From an uncultured candidatus Porisulfidus sp. (GTDB taxonomy: Bacteria; Pseudomonadota; Gammaproteobacteria; Poriferisulfidales; Poriferisulfidaceae), in NCBI GenBank assembly GCA_965204575.1, contig OZ241993.1, forward strand, positions 608,001 through 672,000: DNA of 64,000 nt, given 5' to 3'. A model generated the notes under the pieces. The model had not been told where the DNA came from. It searched no databases and saw only the letters and a program-made list of their open reading frames with translations. This document shows positions 61,345 through 64,000 of the stretch, in pieces (within the stretch, counting starts at the first letter, position 1; each line of letters begins with the position of its first letter). A program made the translations under genes and the position numbers.

Positions 61345-63117
61345 TCATTCCCGGTCGAGGAAACTGCGAAGCAGTTCGGAACGGCTGGGATGGCGCAGTT
61401 TGCGCAGGGCCTTGGACTCGATCTGCCGTATTCGCTCGCGCGTCACCTCGAACTGCTTGCCGACCTCTTCCAGGGTGTGATCCTGGTTCAGGTCGATTCC
61501 AAAGCGCATGCGCAGCACTTTCGATTCGCGGGGTGACAGCGTACTGAGCGCTTCGCGGATCGCTTTGGCCACCGCCGCCCGGGTGGTGGCGTCTTCCGGC
61601 AGTTCCTGCGAGGTGTCCTCCAGCCGGTCCCCGATATGCAGGTCGTCGTCGTCGCCGACCGGAGTCTCGATGGAGATCGGGTCGCGGGCGATGCTTTGCA
61701 CGCGGCGGACCTTGTTCTCGGCCAGTTCCATCCGGTCCGCCAGTTCCGCCGCCGTCGGTTCCCGTCCCTGCTCCTGCATGATCTGCCGGGAGATGCGGTT
61801 GACCTTGTTGATGGTTTCCGTCATGTGAACCGGCACCCGGATCGTGCGCGCCTGGTCGGCGATGGAGCGGGTGATGGCCTGGCGGATCCACCAGGTCGCG
61901 TAGGTCGAGAACTTGAAGCCGCGCCGGTATTCGAACTTGTCGACCGCTTTCATCAGGCCGATGTTGCCTTCCTCGATCAGGTCCAGGAAGTGCAGACCGC
62001 GGTTGGTGTATTTCTTGGCAATCGAGATGACCAGCCGAAGGTTGGCCTCGACCATTTCATCCTTGGCTTTCTGCGCCTGCACATCGGCGGTGCGCAGGTC
62101 GCTGACGATGGATTTGATGACTGGCAGTTTCAGATAATGCGTGTCTTCCAGTGCAGCCAGTTTTTTCTGGTGGGTCTCGATCTGCTTGCGCACCTCGCGC
62201 AGGTTGTTCTTGTACGAGATCTGGCGGCGCAGGCAGTTGCCGATCCAGGCCGGCTTGGAGGCGTTCTTCAGGAAGTCCCTCTCAAAGTCCTCCGCGGGCA
62301 TGCCCGCATCGAGGCAAAGCTTGCGGATGTTGGCTTCCTCCTGGCTGGCGACATGGTCCATCTGGTGCACGATTCCACACAACTCGGCAATGATGTTGGG
62401 AGGGAGGCGGAACAGGACGAAATAGTCGGCCACTTCCTGGCGGCGGCGCTGATAGGCGTTCGGATTGCGCCGGACATTGCTGTTCATGGCCCGCTTGTGG
62501 CGGTTGGCCAGTTCGCGGAAACGGGTTTGCACCTGGCGCTTGGTGGGGGAGCGGTCCTTCTTGCTGTCCTTGTTGATTTCGACCTTCTCCGGCTGGACGC
62601 GGGGATCCTCGAAGCCGAGCACGAGGTCGGCGATCTTGAGCTTCTTCTGCTTGAATTCCTCGTATTTTTCCAGCATCTTCTGGATTACGAGCGGACATTG
62701 CGCCATGGCGAAGATGGCGTTGCACTCGCTGAGTTCGATGCGCTTCGCGATCTCGATCTCCTCGGCCCGGCTCAGCAGGCTGACGGCACCCATCGCGCGC
62801 ATGTACATGCGGATGGGGTCCGAGGTGTGCGAGTCGTCCGGTTCGGGCGTCGTGTTCTCCGGAGAGTCCGGGTCTTTTCCTTCGATCTCCTCGTCGTCCC
62901 CCATGAGGTCGCTCTCCTCGTCGGGGTCCTGCTCCATGATTTCGATCCCCATGTCGGAGAGGCTCTCGACCATCAGGGAGATCGATTCATCATCGTGCTC
63001 GTCGGACAACTGCTTGTGGATCTCGACCAGCGTCAGGTGCCCCTTTTCGCGCCCGTGCGCGATCAGTTCTTCAAGAGTGTTGTCCTGGTCGGTGGGGGGC
63101 GTGGAATTTTTGCTCAT
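61345..63117 (-). CDS. rpoD: RNA polymerase primary sigma factor
   Basis: [61 protein letters not shown]. Confidence 0.98.
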   Translation of the reverse strand: MSKNSTPPTDQDNTLEELIAHGREKGHLTLVEIHKQLSDEHDDESISLMVESLSDMGIEIMEQDPDEESDLMGDDEEIEGKDPDSPENTTPEPDDSHTSDPIRMYMRAMGAVSLLSRAEEIEIAKRIELSECNAIFAMAQCPLVIQKMLEKYEEFKQKKLKIADLVLGFEDPRVQPEKVEINKDSKKDRSPTKRQVQTRFRELANRHKRAMNSNVRRNPNAYQRRRQEVADYFVLFRLPPNIIAELCGIVHQMDHVASQEEANIRKLCLDAGMPAEDFERDFLKNASKPAWIGNCLRRQISYKNNLREVRKQIETHQKKLAALEDTHYLKLPVIKSIVSDLRTADVQAQKAKDEMVEANLRLVISIAKKYTNRGLHFLDLIEEGNIGLMKAVDKFEYRRGFKFSTYATWWIRQAITRSIADQARTIRVPVHMTETINKVNRISRQIMQEQGREPTAAELADRMELAENKVRRVQSIARDPISIETPVGDDDDLHIGDRLEDTSQELPEDATTRAAVAKAIREALSTLSPRESKVLRMRFGIDLNQDHTLEEVGKQFEVTRERIRQIESKALRKLRHPSRSELLRSFLDRE

Positions 63118-63276
63118 AGGACAGGATGACGAGGCGCAACCTCTTATTGTACTAGAGAGACCATGCTTTTTCAGGGAAATTCTGTCAAACTGTCAAACCA
63201 AAGCTGAAATTTCCCCTTTTGCGGTTGGGTTGGCGAGCGGCAGCCCGGGGCTATACTTTTATTGGAGAAGAACAGG

Positions 63277-63625
63277 ATGCAATACCGTTGGCCGGCATTC
63301 GTGGGTGGCATTGCCGCTGGGGTTGCCATGCCGCTGTTTGCCCCGGCGACATTTGCCGGCACTTACGACCTGGTGATTGGCGAGACTACGCTTGACGCTT
63401 CCGGCACCGAGCGTCCGGCCTTGGCTATCAACGGTTCGGTCCCGGCACCGAGGCCCCCGGGAAGGGCTTGAGGCGGCGGTGCCTCCGACCCGCGACCCGC
63501 TGCTTCTGACCATGGCGGACATGGGCCATGGTCAGATGGATCACAGCGAAATGCGCTATGGCGATACGGCCGGGACGGAGCACCATGGGGGCCACCACGA
63601 AGGCCATCATGAGGGATGCCACGAA
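63277..63625 (+). pseudogene. copA: CopA multicopper oxidase remnant (internally deleted)
   Basis: Signal peptide + GTYDLVIGE..ALAINGSVPAP, then shifted frame PREGLEAAVP..LLTMADMGHGQMDH and a His-rich stretch; upstream of copB. Confidence 0.7.
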
Positions 63626-64000
63626 ATGTCACACGAAGATGTCGAGACGGGGCGTATCCTTCTGGGCGCATCGCTGACGCTCGCCTTGCTGGTTGCAGGT
63701 CCGGCCTATGGTGCGGGGGCGAAAGAAAAGCAATTCTCTTCTTTCATGATGAACCAGAACGAGATCCGTTTTGGTGCGCACGGCGGTTATACCTGGGAAG
63801 CCGTGGCCTGGATCGGCACTCACACCGAAAAGATGTATCTCAAATCGGAGGGTGAGTCGGAATCCGGCGCAGGGTTGGAGACGGGCGAGGCACAAATCCT
63901 GTACGGCTGGCAGATCTCCGATTTCCTCGATGCCCAAGCTGGCATCCGCCACGATTTCCACCCTGGGCCGACCCGCACCTATGCGGTGTTCGGCCTGCAT
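63626..64000 (+). CDS. copB: Copper resistance outer-membrane protein CopB, 5' part (runs off window)
   Basis: MSHEDVETGRILLGASLTLALLVAGPAYG signal, WEAVAWIG..KMYLKSEGE, EAQILY, QAGIRHDF.PGPTRTYAVFGL; open to window end. Confidence 0.85.
   Translation, partial: MSHEDVETGRILLGASLTLALLVAGPAYGAGAKEKQFSSFMMNQNEIRFGAHGGYTWEAVAWIGTHTEKMYLKSEGESESGAGLETGEAQILYGWQISDFLDAQAGIRHDFHPGPTRTYAVFGLH

Overview
GC-rich (visually ~60-65%) gammaproteobacterial chromosome segment, very probably from a marine sponge symbiont (inferred from a SupA-type polyketide synthase). The core backbone is intact: gap(3' end)-pgk-pyk-fba, gcvH, pyrC, bfd-bfr, pcnB-folK/dNK-panB-panC...panD, ppc, pgi, glucosylglycerate synthesis genes, an Fe(III) ABC transporter, zur-znuCB, ogt, rpsP-rimM-trmD-rplS, tRNA-Ile(CAT) and rpoD. 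Four accessory blocks interrupt it. (1) A DprA + broken PRTase (ShosTA-like) pair at 5.8-7.3 kb. (2) A sup cluster (alpha/beta hydrolase, free ACP, 3442-aa KS-AT-DH-MT-ER-KR-ACP-KS-AT PKS) sitting between panC and panD. (3) A 34.3-43 kb defence/TA island: vapBC bracketed by a duplicated gpgS 3' end, a cupin pseudogene, a pentapeptide-repeat/FRG protein, a frameshifted MmeI-like enzyme, MntA/HepT, and a wHTH-HATPase-STAS(DUF4325)-Fic fusion whose promoter carries three 11-bp boxes at exact 22-bp spacing. (4) A tRNA-Ile-anchored island with cusCBA, a GmrSD-like protein and a PD-(D/E)xK nuclease. A recurring theme is internal deletion: an aldehyde dehydrogenase gene and a copA gene survive only as telescoped start-middle-end remnants. 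No CRISPR array, rRNA, integrase or transposase was seen. All family assignments come from motif recognition by eye; no database search was run.
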